Of a stretch of 41,899 nt of DNA, positions 32,642-40,652 are shown one piece after another. The translations under genes were made by a program, and so were the position numbers. Every line of letters begins with the position of its first letter. Position 1 is the first letter of the stretch. Location: contig VFKD01000033.1 in assembly GCA_009885735.1 (NCBI GenBank), positions 1 to 41,899 of the forward strand. The letters are read 5' to 3'. This DNA is from a bacterium. Its GTDB lineage: Bacteria > Armatimonadota > Chthonomonadetes > Chthonomonadales > CAJBBX01. The notes under the pieces are model-generated. The model saw only the letters and a list, made by a program, of their open reading frames with translations. It was not told the origin of the DNA and made no database searches.

Positions 32642-34219
32642 TTGCGGCTCCGGCCGCGGGATTCTCCCACTGGAAGTGCCCAATTGCGTACCGAATTGAC
32701 GGATATTGGCGCCGCTGCTCGCCCAGACCCCTGCGCGGTCGTGCTCTTCGGCGCCACTGGCGACCTCACTCGCCGCAAGCTGCTGCCTGCCATCTATAGC
32801 CTCGAGCTGCAAGGACTGATGCCCGAGCGATACGCACTCGTTGCATTCGCTCGACGAGACAAGGACGATGCCAGTTTCCGCGCCGATGTACACGCGGCAA
32901 TCGCAGAGTTCGCCCCGTCTCTTCCCACGGAGGGCGACGCTTGGGACCAATTCGCAGCGAGAATCTATTACCATCGATCGACCTTGAACGACGGTCAGGG
33001 GTATTCGAGCCTCAAGGTCCGTCTGTCAGATCTCGACGAAGCGCACAACTTAGGCGGCAACAGGCTCTTCTACCTTGCCACTCCTCCAGAGAACTTCACT
33101 GAGATTACGACCGGAATCGGCGGAGCCGGTCTCGTGCAGCCGAGCGTGCCTCGCTCATCGTGGCAAAGGGTCGTAGTGGAGAAGCCGTTCGGCTACGACC
33201 TGGCCTCCGCTCAAGAGTTGAATGCGCACATCCGAACCGTGTTCTCGGAGGACCAGATCTACCGCATTGATCACTATCTGGGCAAGGAGACGGTCCAGAA
33301 TATTCTCGTCCTCCGCTTCGCTAACCGTCTGTTTGAGCTGCTCTGGAACCACCTCTATGTCGACAATGTGCAGATCACCGTGGCCGAGACGCTTGGAATG
33401 GAGGGCCGCGGCGCCTACTTCGACGAGAGCGGCATCGCTCGCGACATCATCCAGAATCATGCGCTGCAGATCCTAACGCTGATCGCAATGGAGCCGCCGA
33501 TCTCTCTCTCTGCGGACGCTGTTCGAGATGAGAAGGTGAAGGTGCTGCGGTCCATTCGCCCATTTACCCCCGAGGAGGCGAGAACCTTCGCCGTGCGCGG
33601 GCAGTACAGCGCGGCGGCAGTGGGCGGAAAGCCAATCTCCAGCTACCGAGATGAGGAGGGCGTTCCCAAGGACTCAATAACGGAGACCTGCGCTGCCATC
33701 CGATTCTGGGTGGATAACTGGAGGTGGGCCGGAGTACCGTTTTATGTGCGGGCGGGCAAGCGAATGAAGACAAGGGTTACAGAGGTCGTCATCCAGCTCT
33801 CAGAAGTGCCGGACGTGCTCTTCGCACGGCTCACGTGCAGCGAGGTGACTCCGAACCGGATAACGATTCGCGTTCAGCCCAACGAGGGAGTCGAGATACT
33901 TATGAGCGCGAAGGAGCCCGGAGCGCGCATGGACGTTTCGCCTGTGAAGATGCACTTCGACTACGCGGACGCATTCGGTAAGGATATTCCGGACGCCTAT
34001 GAGCGGCTGCTTCTGAATGCAATGCTGGGAGATGCGGCCCTCTTCGCGCGCAACGACGAGGTTGAGCAGGCCTGGAGCCTCATGACTCCGGTTCTGGAGG
34101 CATGGAAGAGCGACCCCGAGCCGCCGAATCCGTACTACGCGGGCACCTGGGGACCGAGGGCGAATGACGAACTGCTCAAGACCCTGGGCCACCGATGGTG
34201 GAATCCAGAGCGAATCTGA
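32642..34219 (+). CDS. zwf: Glucose-6-phosphate 1-dehydrogenase
   Basis: NADP-binding motif VLFGATGDLTRRKLLPA, the active-site signature RIDHYLGKE, and a conserved Zwf sequence to the end. Only TTG starts are available (32642, 32684, 32696), so the start is uncertain by up to 18 codons. Confidence 0.93.
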   Translation: MRLRPRDSPTGSAQLRTELTDIGAAARPDPCAVVLFGATGDLTRRKLLPAIYSLELQGLMPERYALVAFARRDKDDASFRADVHAAIAEFAPSLPTEGDAWDQFAARIYYHRSTLNDGQGYSSLKVRLSDLDEAHNLGGNRLFYLATPPENFTEITTGIGGAGLVQPSVPRSSWQRVVVEKPFGYDLASAQELNAHIRTVFSEDQIYRIDHYLGKETVQNILVLRFANRLFELLWNHLYVDNVQITVAETLGMEGRGAYFDESGIARDIIQNHALQILTLIAMEPPISLSADAVRDEKVKVLRSIRPFTPEEARTFAVRGQYSAAAVGGKPISSYRDEEGVPKDSITETCAAIRFWVDNWRWAGVPFYVRAGKRMKTRVTEVVIQLSEVPDVLFARLTCSEVTPNRITIRVQPNEGVEILMSAKEPGARMDVSPVKMHFDYADAFGKDIPDAYERLLLNAMLGDAALFARNDEVEQAWSLMTPVLEAWKSDPEPPNPYYAGTWGPRANDELLKTLGHRWWNPERI

Positions 34220-34534
34220 CAGGTGATTACATATTCTCGACCCAGGATTGCGTGTCGTTCGAGGCACGGCGAGGAGAAAGTCTCGTCCGAAAACCCTCAC
34301 ACTCCATAGACCCGTCTTGCCGCCGGCCGTCCGGCCTGCGGACGTGGAATTATCGCTACTCATCGCTGTATGGTCGACACGAAAAGGCATCCAATAAATA
34401 CGTGCAGTAGGGGCGACCCAGAGGCGTGCCTGACTGAGAACGTACGCATGATCGCACCATGAGCGGTGGAGTACCTTGGGTTCTTACAGGATCATGCCCG
34501 CTCGCTCTCGAACTCCGGTGTGCGGAGGGCGCAA

Positions 34535-36910
34535 ATGGATCGAAAGAGTGTGACCGGGCAGGCGGTAGTGGTGGGCGCGGGGGTGATGGGGGCGCAGATC
34601 GCGGCGCATCTGGCGAACGTGGGCTGGCGTGTCACTTTGCTGGATATCCTGCCGGACGGCGCTGGAGAAGACCGAAAGAGCCGCAACGCGGTTGGCATGC
34701 GTGGGATGGAACGCGCTCTGAAGGCCAAACCGCCGGCGTTTTTCGTGCCGGAGTACCAGGACCGGATCGTCCTCGGCAACATGACGGACGATCTGAGCAG
34801 TCTGAACCACGCCGACTGGATCGTGGAAGCCGTTGTCGAGAAGGAAGAGATCAAGAAGCAGGTCCACGCCCAGATCGACGCGCAAGCCGGACCGAACGCG
34901 GTCGTAACGACCAACACGAGCGCTCTCTCAATCACCGGTATGTCCGCCGCGTGTTCGCCATCATACCGGTCCCGCATCTTCGGCACACACTTCTTCAATC
35001 CGCCGCGCTACATGAGCCTCTTGGAGCTGATCCCGACGGCGGACTCCGACCTGGAGGCTATGAGCCGGTTTGGGGAGTTCGCGGAAGTAGTGCTGGGAAA
35101 GTCCGTAGTGATAGCGCGCGATACCCCTGGGTTCATTGCGAACCGGCTGGGCGTATGTGCTATGCAGATAGTGCTGCATGCCACGCTGCGGCACGGCCTG
35201 AGCGTCGAACAGGTGGACGAGCTGACCGGCCCGCTCATCGGTCACCCCAAAAGCGCCTCGTTTCGCCTGAGCGACATCTGCGGCCTGGATATCACGTCTG
35301 ACGTTACCTCCAATCTCAAGGAGCGCCTCCCTGCCGACCGGTGGACGGAGCTCTTTGCCATGCCGCCGTCCGTGCTGCAGCTTCTGGCTTCGGGCCGCAT
35401 CGGCGAGAAAGCCGGCGCAGGCTTCTATCGCCGAGAGAAGGACCGGTCGATCTCCGCTCTCGACTGGGAGACTCTGGACTATAGGCCCAGGCAGCCTGTC
35501 GTATTCCCGTCCGTTGAGGGCATCCGGAGGGTCCCGCTCCAGGAGAGACTCCGCGCGCTGCTCTCGCTGCAAGATACGCCGGGACGGTTCCTTTGGGAGA
35601 CCACGCGGGACATCCTTTGCTATACGGCCGAGGTCGCGCCCGAGATTGCGGACGACATCACTCGGATCGACAACGCCATCAAGTGGGGCTTCAACTGGGA
35701 GCTCGGACCGTTCGAGCTGTGGGACGCGTTGGGCGTGCGGGAGACGGCAGCGAGGATCGAGCAGGAGGGTCTGCCGGTTCCGCCGCTTGTATTGGAACTG
35801 CTCCGAGTCGGGCGCGAATCTTTCTACGAACGCACTTCAGGCAAGACCTACTACGCCGATATCAGCATGACTGGATTCCCGCTAAGGCCATGCGGGAATG
35901 ACGGCTTATCTGGGCGTGTGGTCCTGCGCGACGTCAAGGCCACTGGGACCGCGGTCATCAAACAGACGCCGGATGCCACGCTTGTCGACCTTGGGGACGG
36001 CGTGAACTGCCTCGAATTCCACTCGAAGATGAACGTGCTCGGACCGGGCACTATTTCCATGATAGACTGGAGCCGCGACTACACCGAGAGAAACAGCGCT
36101 GCGCTCGTCATCGGCAACAACGGCGAGCACTTCTCCGCCGGATTCAACATTCAGCTCATCCTGCTCAGCATCCAGGAAGAGGACTGGGACGAGATGCTCG
36201 GGAACTGCCAAATTCTACAGGATACGGTTCTCCGCCTGAAGCGCGCGCGCGTACCCGTTGTAGCTGCGACCCATGGCTACACCCTTGGCGGCGGCTGCGA
36301 GGTGATGCTTCACTGTGCGGCCGTACAGGCTGCTGCGGAGAGCTACGTTGGCCTCCCCGAGGTTGGAATCGGCGTCATACCAGGCGGAGGCGGCACCACG
36401 GAACTGCTTCTGAGGGCCATGCAGGGAATACCGACCGACGTCGATCCCTACCCGTTCGTCCATCAGGCCTTCGAGACAATTGGACTGGCGAAGATATCGG
36501 GTTCCGCCCACGAGGCCCGCAAATTCGGCCTCCTGCGCGGGTCGGATGGAGTCACGATGAGCACGGCGCGGGTTCTATTCGACGCAAAGCAGCACGCGCT
36601 CGGCTTGGTGTCCGGATACCGCTCCGCGGAACCCGGGCAGATTATGGCGATGGGCGAGGACGGCCTAGCGCGCTTCGACATGGAGCTCCACAACATGCAG
36701 CGAGCTGGCTACATCAGCGAGCACGACCGCCTCGTGGGTCACGAGTTGGCGACGGTCCTCAGTGGCGGCGCGCTGGTCCATCCGCAGCTGGTCTCGGAGG
36801 AGTACCTCCTCCTCCAGGAGCGGGAGGCGTTCGTGAGGCTCTGCAGCACGCCGAAGACGGCGGAGCGTGTGAGACACATGCTGGCCACGAACAAACCGTT
36901 GAGGAACTAA
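34535..36910 (+). CDS. fadN: Bifunctional 3-hydroxyacyl-CoA dehydrogenase / enoyl-CoA hydratase (FadN-type domain order)
   Basis: N-terminal Rossmann motif VVVGAGVMGAQIAAHLA and a 3HCDH domain, with a C-terminal crotonase-like domain (VAATHGYTLGGGCEVMLHC). ATG 34535 is preceded by GGAGGG. The ORF track start at 34466 is upstream in the same frame. Confidence 0.92.
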   Translation: MDRKSVTGQAVVVGAGVMGAQIAAHLANVGWRVTLLDILPDGAGEDRKSRNAVGMRGMERALKAKPPAFFVPEYQDRIVLGNMTDDLSSLNHADWIVEAVVEKEEIKKQVHAQIDAQAGPNAVVTTNTSALSITGMSAACSPSYRSRIFGTHFFNPPRYMSLLELIPTADSDLEAMSRFGEFAEVVLGKSVVIARDTPGFIANRLGVCAMQIVLHATLRHGLSVEQVDELTGPLIGHPKSASFRLSDICGLDITSDVTSNLKERLPADRWTELFAMPPSVLQLLASGRIGEKAGAGFYRREKDRSISALDWETLDYRPRQPVVFPSVEGIRRVPLQERLRALLSLQDTPGRFLWETTRDILCYTAEVAPEIADDITRIDNAIKWGFNWELGPFELWDALGVRETAARIEQEGLPVPPLVLELLRVGRESFYERTSGKTYYADISMTGFPLRPCGNDGLSGRVVLRDVKATGTAVIKQTPDATLVDLGDGVNCLEFHSKMNVLGPGTISMIDWSRDYTERNSAALVIGNNGEHFSAGFNIQLILLSIQEEDWDEMLGNCQILQDTVLRLKRARVPVVAATHGYTLGGGCEVMLHCAAVQAAAESYVGLPEVGIGVIPGGGGTTELLLRAMQGIPTDVDPYPFVHQAFETIGLAKISGSAHEARKFGLLRGSDGVTMSTARVLFDAKQHALGLVSGYRSAEPGQIMAMGEDGLARFDMELHNMQRAGYISEHDRLVGHELATVLSGGALVHPQLVSEEYLLLQEREAFVRLCSTPKTAERVRHMLATNKPLRN

Positions 36911-36955
36911 TGGGTTATACTGCTGTTGTAGAGATGTAGTCTGGAGGCGCCGCCC

Positions 36956-37219
36956 ATGTCGATAGTTATTGAGCTGTCCCAGCTTGTCGAGGACCGGCTC
37001 CAGAAGGAGTCGGAGCGAACCGGCGTCGCTGCCGCCGATCTCGTCCGCCAGATCGTGGAAACTGCTCTCCCGGACCAGCGCACCCGCAATAACCGGGCGA
37101 TAGAGCTTCTCCGCCTATGGTCGGAAGAGGGCGACGAGGAAGAGCAGCGCCAGACGCTGGAGGCGCTTAAAGAGGGCCTGAACGCCAGTCATTCGTCTAT
37201 CCGTACGATTTTCCCATGA
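36956..37219 (+). CDS. Antitoxin-like small protein (partner of PIN toxin 37216..37662)
   Basis: 87 aa with an acidic C-terminal half (WSEEGDEEEQRQTLEALKEG). Its stop overlaps the start of the PIN gene (ATGA at 37216-37219), the classic type II TA layout. Confidence 0.65.
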   Translation: MSIVIELSQLVEDRLQKESERTGVAAADLVRQIVETALPDQRTRNNRAIELLRLWSEEGDEEEQRQTLEALKEGLNASHSSIRTIFP

Positions 37220-37662
37220 CCGGTGCGATAGTGCTGGATTCCGGTCCATTAGGTCTGGTGACCAATCCCAGAGGCGGAATGGATGCTATCGCCTGCAAAG
37301 CGTGGCTGCAGGACCATCTCGACCGCGGAAGTCGCGTCATAATCCCCGGGATTGCGGATTATGAGGTACGCCGTGAATTGATTCGGGCAAACAAGCAAGC
37401 CGGTCTGCACCGACTCGAAGAGTTTCGTACAAGTCTCGAGTTTCTTCCCGTGAATCAGCGCGACCAGTGGAGAGCAGCGGAACTCTGGGCGCAGGTTCGT
37501 GCGCTTGGCGCGCCAAGCGCGCATGAGCATGCCCTTGATGCCGATTGCATCCTCGCCGCCCAGGTCATACTTCTCGCTGAGCCGGGCGCGATAATCGCTG
37601 CACTCAATGTCGCACATCTGTCACGCTTCACGGATGCTGCTCATTGGCAGGATATCCTGTAA
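37216..37662 (+). CDS. PIN-domain toxin (VapC-like)
   Basis: 148 aa with acidic residues at PIN-typical spacing (IVLDSGPL..., ADYEVRREL, LDADCILAAQ) and a helical PIN-like pattern. It is coupled to the upstream small gene. Confidence 0.75.
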   Translation: MTGAIVLDSGPLGLVTNPRGGMDAIACKAWLQDHLDRGSRVIIPGIADYEVRRELIRANKQAGLHRLEEFRTSLEFLPVNQRDQWRAAELWAQVRALGAPSAHEHALDADCILAAQVILLAEPGAIIAALNVAHLSRFTDAAHWQDIL

Positions 37663-37667
37663 ATCAC

Positions 37668-37752
37668 GCGAGGCGTTCATGAGGCTCTGCAGCACGCTGA
37701 AGACGGCGGAGAAGGTGAGGCACATGCTTGCTGCGAACAAGCCGTTGAGGAG
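37668..37752 (+). repeat. Decayed duplicate of the fadN 3' end (remnant downstream of the TA cassette)
   Basis: gcgaggcgttcatgaggctctgcagcacgctgaagacggcggagaaggtgaggcacatgcttgctgcgaacaagccgttgaggag aligns without gaps to 36822-36906 (about 11 mismatches by eye). The stop codon of the original is lost in this copy. Confidence 0.85.
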
Positions 37753-37875
37753 TTATCCGAGGTGTCGTGGTACCATACGGGTCAGGCGAGAGGACACTTC
37801 GTCACCTGGGGACCGAATTGACACAGATCAACAATGCTCGTCTCAAGCGTAGCCAGGTTTGGAGGTGACCGGCCA

Positions 37876-38358
37876 ATGAAACCAAAGGTTTACGTCGAAA
37901 CAAGCGTAATCGGCTACCTTACTTCGTGGCCGAGCGGTGATCTGATCGTTGCAGGACGCCAGAAGATCACGCGAGACTGGTGGCGTAACGCGCCGGCTAT
38001 GTACGAGTTGTTCATCTCGGAGTTGGTTGTTGCGGAGTGCAGCGTCGGCGACCCTCAGGCTATTCGCGACCGGATGGACGCCTTGAAGTCACTTTCAGTG
38101 ATTGTGTCTTCGAAGAATGCAGACGATCTCTCGTCTGCCCTCATCGCGAAAGGAGCGCTGCCTGCTTCTGAGCCGGAGGATGCTCTTCACATTGCGCTTG
38201 CCGTTGTGAATGCCCTTGACTATCTGGTGACGTGGAACTTCAAGCATATCGCTAACGCTGCTATGCGCACCAAGATATACGGAGTGTGCGGTGTGGCGGG
38301 TTACTCGCCGTTGATCATTTGTTCGCCGGAGGAATTACAGGAGGCCGGAAGTGTTTGA
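37876..38358 (+). CDS. PIN-like domain protein (VapC-family toxin candidate)
   Basis: MKPKVYVETSVIGYL...ELVVAEC...EDALHIALAVVNALDYLVTWNFKHI shows a PIN-like arrangement of acidic residues. ATG 37876 is preceded by GGAGGTGA. The ORF track's longer start at 37834 lacks an SD. Confidence 0.7.
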   Translation: MKPKVYVETSVIGYLTSWPSGDLIVAGRQKITRDWWRNAPAMYELFISELVVAECSVGDPQAIRDRMDALKSLSVIVSSKNADDLSSALIAKGALPASEPEDALHIALAVVNALDYLVTWNFKHIANAAMRTKIYGVCGVAGYSPLIICSPEELQEAGSV

Positions 38359-38563
38359 AGACCCAATCGTCGAAGAAATCCGCAGAGCGCGTCACGCACA
38401 TGCTGCGAAATTCAATAATGATCTCGCTGCGATTTGCGAGGATCTGCGTCGAATGGAGCGAGAATCAGACCGTACCCATGTAAGCTTTCCTCCGAAACGA
38501 ATAACGCCGGACAGCCCGGAGGGCAAATTAGCCGAAGCATTGCTCAATCGGCGGAGCGCTTAA
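38351..38563 (+). CDS. Small partner protein of the PIN-like gene (candidate antitoxin, downstream position)
   Basis: 70 aa (FEDPIVEEIRRARHAHAAKFNNDLAAICEDLRRMERE). The GTG at 38351 overlaps the PIN gene's stop by 8 nt. The assignment rests on coupling only. Confidence 0.5.
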   Translation: MFEDPIVEEIRRARHAHAAKFNNDLAAICEDLRRMERESDRTHVSFPPKRITPDSPEGKLAEALLNRRSA

Positions 38564-38576
38564 CCGGAGAAAATCC

Positions 38577-39752
38577 ATGCCCGAAGTTGTGATCGTCGCC
38601 GCAGCGCGCACCCCCATCGGCCGTGCTGGACGCGGAACCCTGCGGTTTACGCGGCCGGATGAGCTCGCCGCCCTTGTGATGCGTGCGGCCATCGAGCGAG
38701 TCGAGGGTCTCTCGGCGGGCGAGATCGAAGACGTGATCATCGGCTGTGCCACGCCGGAGGCGGAGCAGGGCATGAACGTGGCTCGCATAGCCATGCTCCG
38801 TGCGGGAATTCCCTCGTCCGTACCCGCGTTCACGGTCAACCGCTTCTGTGCATCCGGGCTGGAGGCCATAGCCATTGGCTGTCAGCGCATCCAATCCGGC
38901 CAGGTTGACATTGTGCTCGCAGGAGGCGTCGAGAGCATGAGCATGGTGCCCTTCGAGAAGACGCCTGTGATGCCGAACCCGGCCCTCATGCGTGAGCATC
39001 CAGATGTCTATCTGAACATGGGCATGACCGCCGAGAACCTGGTGGACCAGTGGTCGGTCACGCGCGAAGAGGCTGATGAGTTCTCGTGCCAGAGCCACAT
39101 GAAGGCGCTTGCGGCCATCGACAGCGGTAAGTTTCGGGACGAGATTGTGCCCGTGACGGTCAGATTTCAGGAGATGGACCCAGCTTGCCAGGTACAAACT
39201 CGCGAGGTCACGCTCGACACGGACGAGTGCCCGCGCAAGGAGACAACCCTCGAAGCCCTCGCCGCGCTCAAGCCCGCCTTCCGAGTGAACGGCTCGATCA
39301 CAGCCGGCAACTCCTCCCAGCGCAGCGACGGAGCGGCTGCCGTGATTCTCATGAGCGCGGAAAAGGCGGCCTCACTCGGAATTGGGCCGATGGGTCGGTA
39401 TGTCGGTTATGCAACCGCCGGAGTTCCGCCAGAGATCATGGGAATCGGTCCAGCCCATGCTATCCCGAAGCTCATGGCGAAGACAGGGCGCAAGCTGCAA
39501 GAGGTGGATGTGGTGGAGTTGAACGAAGCCTTTGCCGCACAAGCACTTGCGGTGCTGCGCGAGGTTCCAATTCCCATTGGGAAGGTCAATCCGAACGGCG
39601 GCGCGGTGGCGCTTGGCCATCCGCTCGGCTGCACCGGGGCCCGGCAGCTTACCACTTTGCTATACGAGTTGCGACGGCGCGGCGGTGGGTTGGGGATGGT
39701 TACGATGTGTGTCGGCGGCGGCATGGGAGCAGCGGGATTATTTGAGGTGTAG
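38577..39752 (+). CDS. fadA: Acetyl-CoA C-acyltransferase (3-ketoacyl-CoA thiolase)
   Basis: 391 aa with the active-site Cys context VNRFCASGLEAI, the C-terminal motifs NPNGGAVALGHPLGCTGAR and MCVGGGMGAAGLFE, and thiolase similarity over the full length. Confidence 0.95.
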   Translation: MPEVVIVAAARTPIGRAGRGTLRFTRPDELAALVMRAAIERVEGLSAGEIEDVIIGCATPEAEQGMNVARIAMLRAGIPSSVPAFTVNRFCASGLEAIAIGCQRIQSGQVDIVLAGGVESMSMVPFEKTPVMPNPALMREHPDVYLNMGMTAENLVDQWSVTREEADEFSCQSHMKALAAIDSGKFRDEIVPVTVRFQEMDPACQVQTREVTLDTDECPRKETTLEALAALKPAFRVNGSITAGNSSQRSDGAAAVILMSAEKAASLGIGPMGRYVGYATAGVPPEIMGIGPAHAIPKLMAKTGRKLQEVDVVELNEAFAAQALAVLREVPIPIGKVNPNGGAVALGHPLGCTGARQLTTLLYELRRRGGGLGMVTMCVGGGMGAAGLFEV

Positions 39753-39800
39753 GCAAAGGTTACCGCTTCTCATGCACGGCGACCGTGGCAGGAATTCTCT

Positions 39801-39830
39801 TTGCGGCTCATACCGCCGCTATGGTAGAAT
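39801..39830 (+). promoter_or_regulatory. Candidate sigma-70 promoter for the third TA cassette
   Basis: TTGCGG (39801-39806), an 18-nt spacer, then TAGAAT (39825-39830), with an extended -10 TG (atGGTAGAAT context, tgg immediately upstream). Confidence 0.35.
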
Positions 39831-39863
39831 CTCATTGAAGCGCTAACGGAGGTGCAGTGCAAT

Positions 39864-40082
39864 ATGCCAACGCTCGAACAACGTGTAGCTGAACTCGAAG
39901 AAAAGGTCGCGCGATTGTCCGGTGAGAAACAGGAGATCGACCAGGACCAACCCTGGTGGGAGAAGTGGTTCGGGTCTTTCAAGGACAACCCGGACTTTGA
40001 CGCCGCCATGGAGCGTGGCGCCGAATACCGGCGATCACAGCCGAAGGCTTCCGACGATTGCGAACATGATGTACCTGCTTGA
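39864..40082 (+). CDS. VapB-like antitoxin (small coiled-coil protein)
   Basis: 72 aa (MPTLEQRVAELEEKVARLSGEKQ...). It overlaps the downstream vapC start by 17 nt. GGAGG lies at 39848-39852. GTG 39852 is an alternative start. Confidence 0.65.
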   Translation: MPTLEQRVAELEEKVARLSGEKQEIDQDQPWWEKWFGSFKDNPDFDAAMERGAEYRRSQPKASDDCEHDVPA

Positions 40083-40491
40083 TACGGACCACGTATCGCT
40101 GATTGCTCGCGGCGGAGCCGAAGGCCGTCGGATTTTAGAGCGGCTTACCGGCACCGAGCAGCATTTGATTGCAGTTAGCATTATTAGTTATGAAGAGCAA
40201 GTTCGTGGTTGGCTTTCGGAGATCTCTTCGGCGCGGACTGTTGATAGGCAGAAATCCAAGTACAACGAACTGACACGAATGCTGATGTATTACTGTGTCA
40301 CTCCAATTCTTGCATTCGATGATAATGCGATCTCTGAGTACCAGCGTCTCTGGCTGATGAGGCTTCGCATTGGCACAATGGACTTGAAAATCGCGGCCAT
40401 CGCGCTTGCCAACGACGTAACCCTGTTGACGCGCAACATATTGGACTTCGCAAAAGTGCCGGACCTACGCATTGAGGACTGGTCCGTCTGA
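40066..40491 (+). CDS. vapC: VapC-family PIN-domain ribonuclease toxin
   Basis: MMYLLDTDHVSLI...SIISYEEQVRGW...TMDLKIAAIALANDVTLLTRNILDF shows the canonical VapC D...E...D...N pattern. The start at ATG 40066 was chosen over the ORF-track start at 39922, which overlaps the antitoxin. Confidence 0.9.
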   Translation: MMYLLDTDHVSLIARGGAEGRRILERLTGTEQHLIAVSIISYEEQVRGWLSEISSARTVDRQKSKYNELTRMLMYYCVTPILAFDDNAISEYQRLWLMRLRIGTMDLKIAAIALANDVTLLTRNILDFAKVPDLRIEDWSV

Positions 40492-40610
40492 CCGGCACTC
40501 GCCAGCTTGCCACGCTGCTGTTTGAGTTGCGGCGGCGCGGCGGCGGGTTGGGGCTGGTTACGATGTGTGTCGGCGGCGGCATGGGAGCATCGGGATTATT
40601 CGAGGTGTAC
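40491..40610 (+). repeat. Decayed duplicate of the fadA 3' end (remnant downstream of the TA cassette)
   Basis: accggcactcgccagcttgccacgctgctgtttgagttgcggcggcgcggcggcgggttggggctggttacgatgtgtgtcggcggcggcatgggagcatcgggattattcgaggtgtac aligns gap-free with 39633-39752. It begins at the last base of the vapC stop codon. The fadA TAG is changed to TAC in this copy. Confidence 0.88.
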
Positions 40611-40652
40611 GAGATCCTTTCCTCGCCCCAGGCGCGGTCACCCAGCCATCAG

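Noticed and set aside
34320-34341. An imperfect hairpin, ccgccggcc-gtcc-ggcctgcgg, downstream of zwf that could be a terminator.
   Set aside because: It has one mismatch in a 9-bp stem and no following T-tract, and it lies 100 nt after the stop. That is too weak to call a terminator.
34459-35301. A 280-aa alternative-frame plus-strand ORF overlapping the 5' part of fadN.
   Set aside because: The fadN frame has the Rossmann motif and full-length 3HCDH/crotonase similarity. The alternative frame is Arg/Gly/Pro-rich without motifs.
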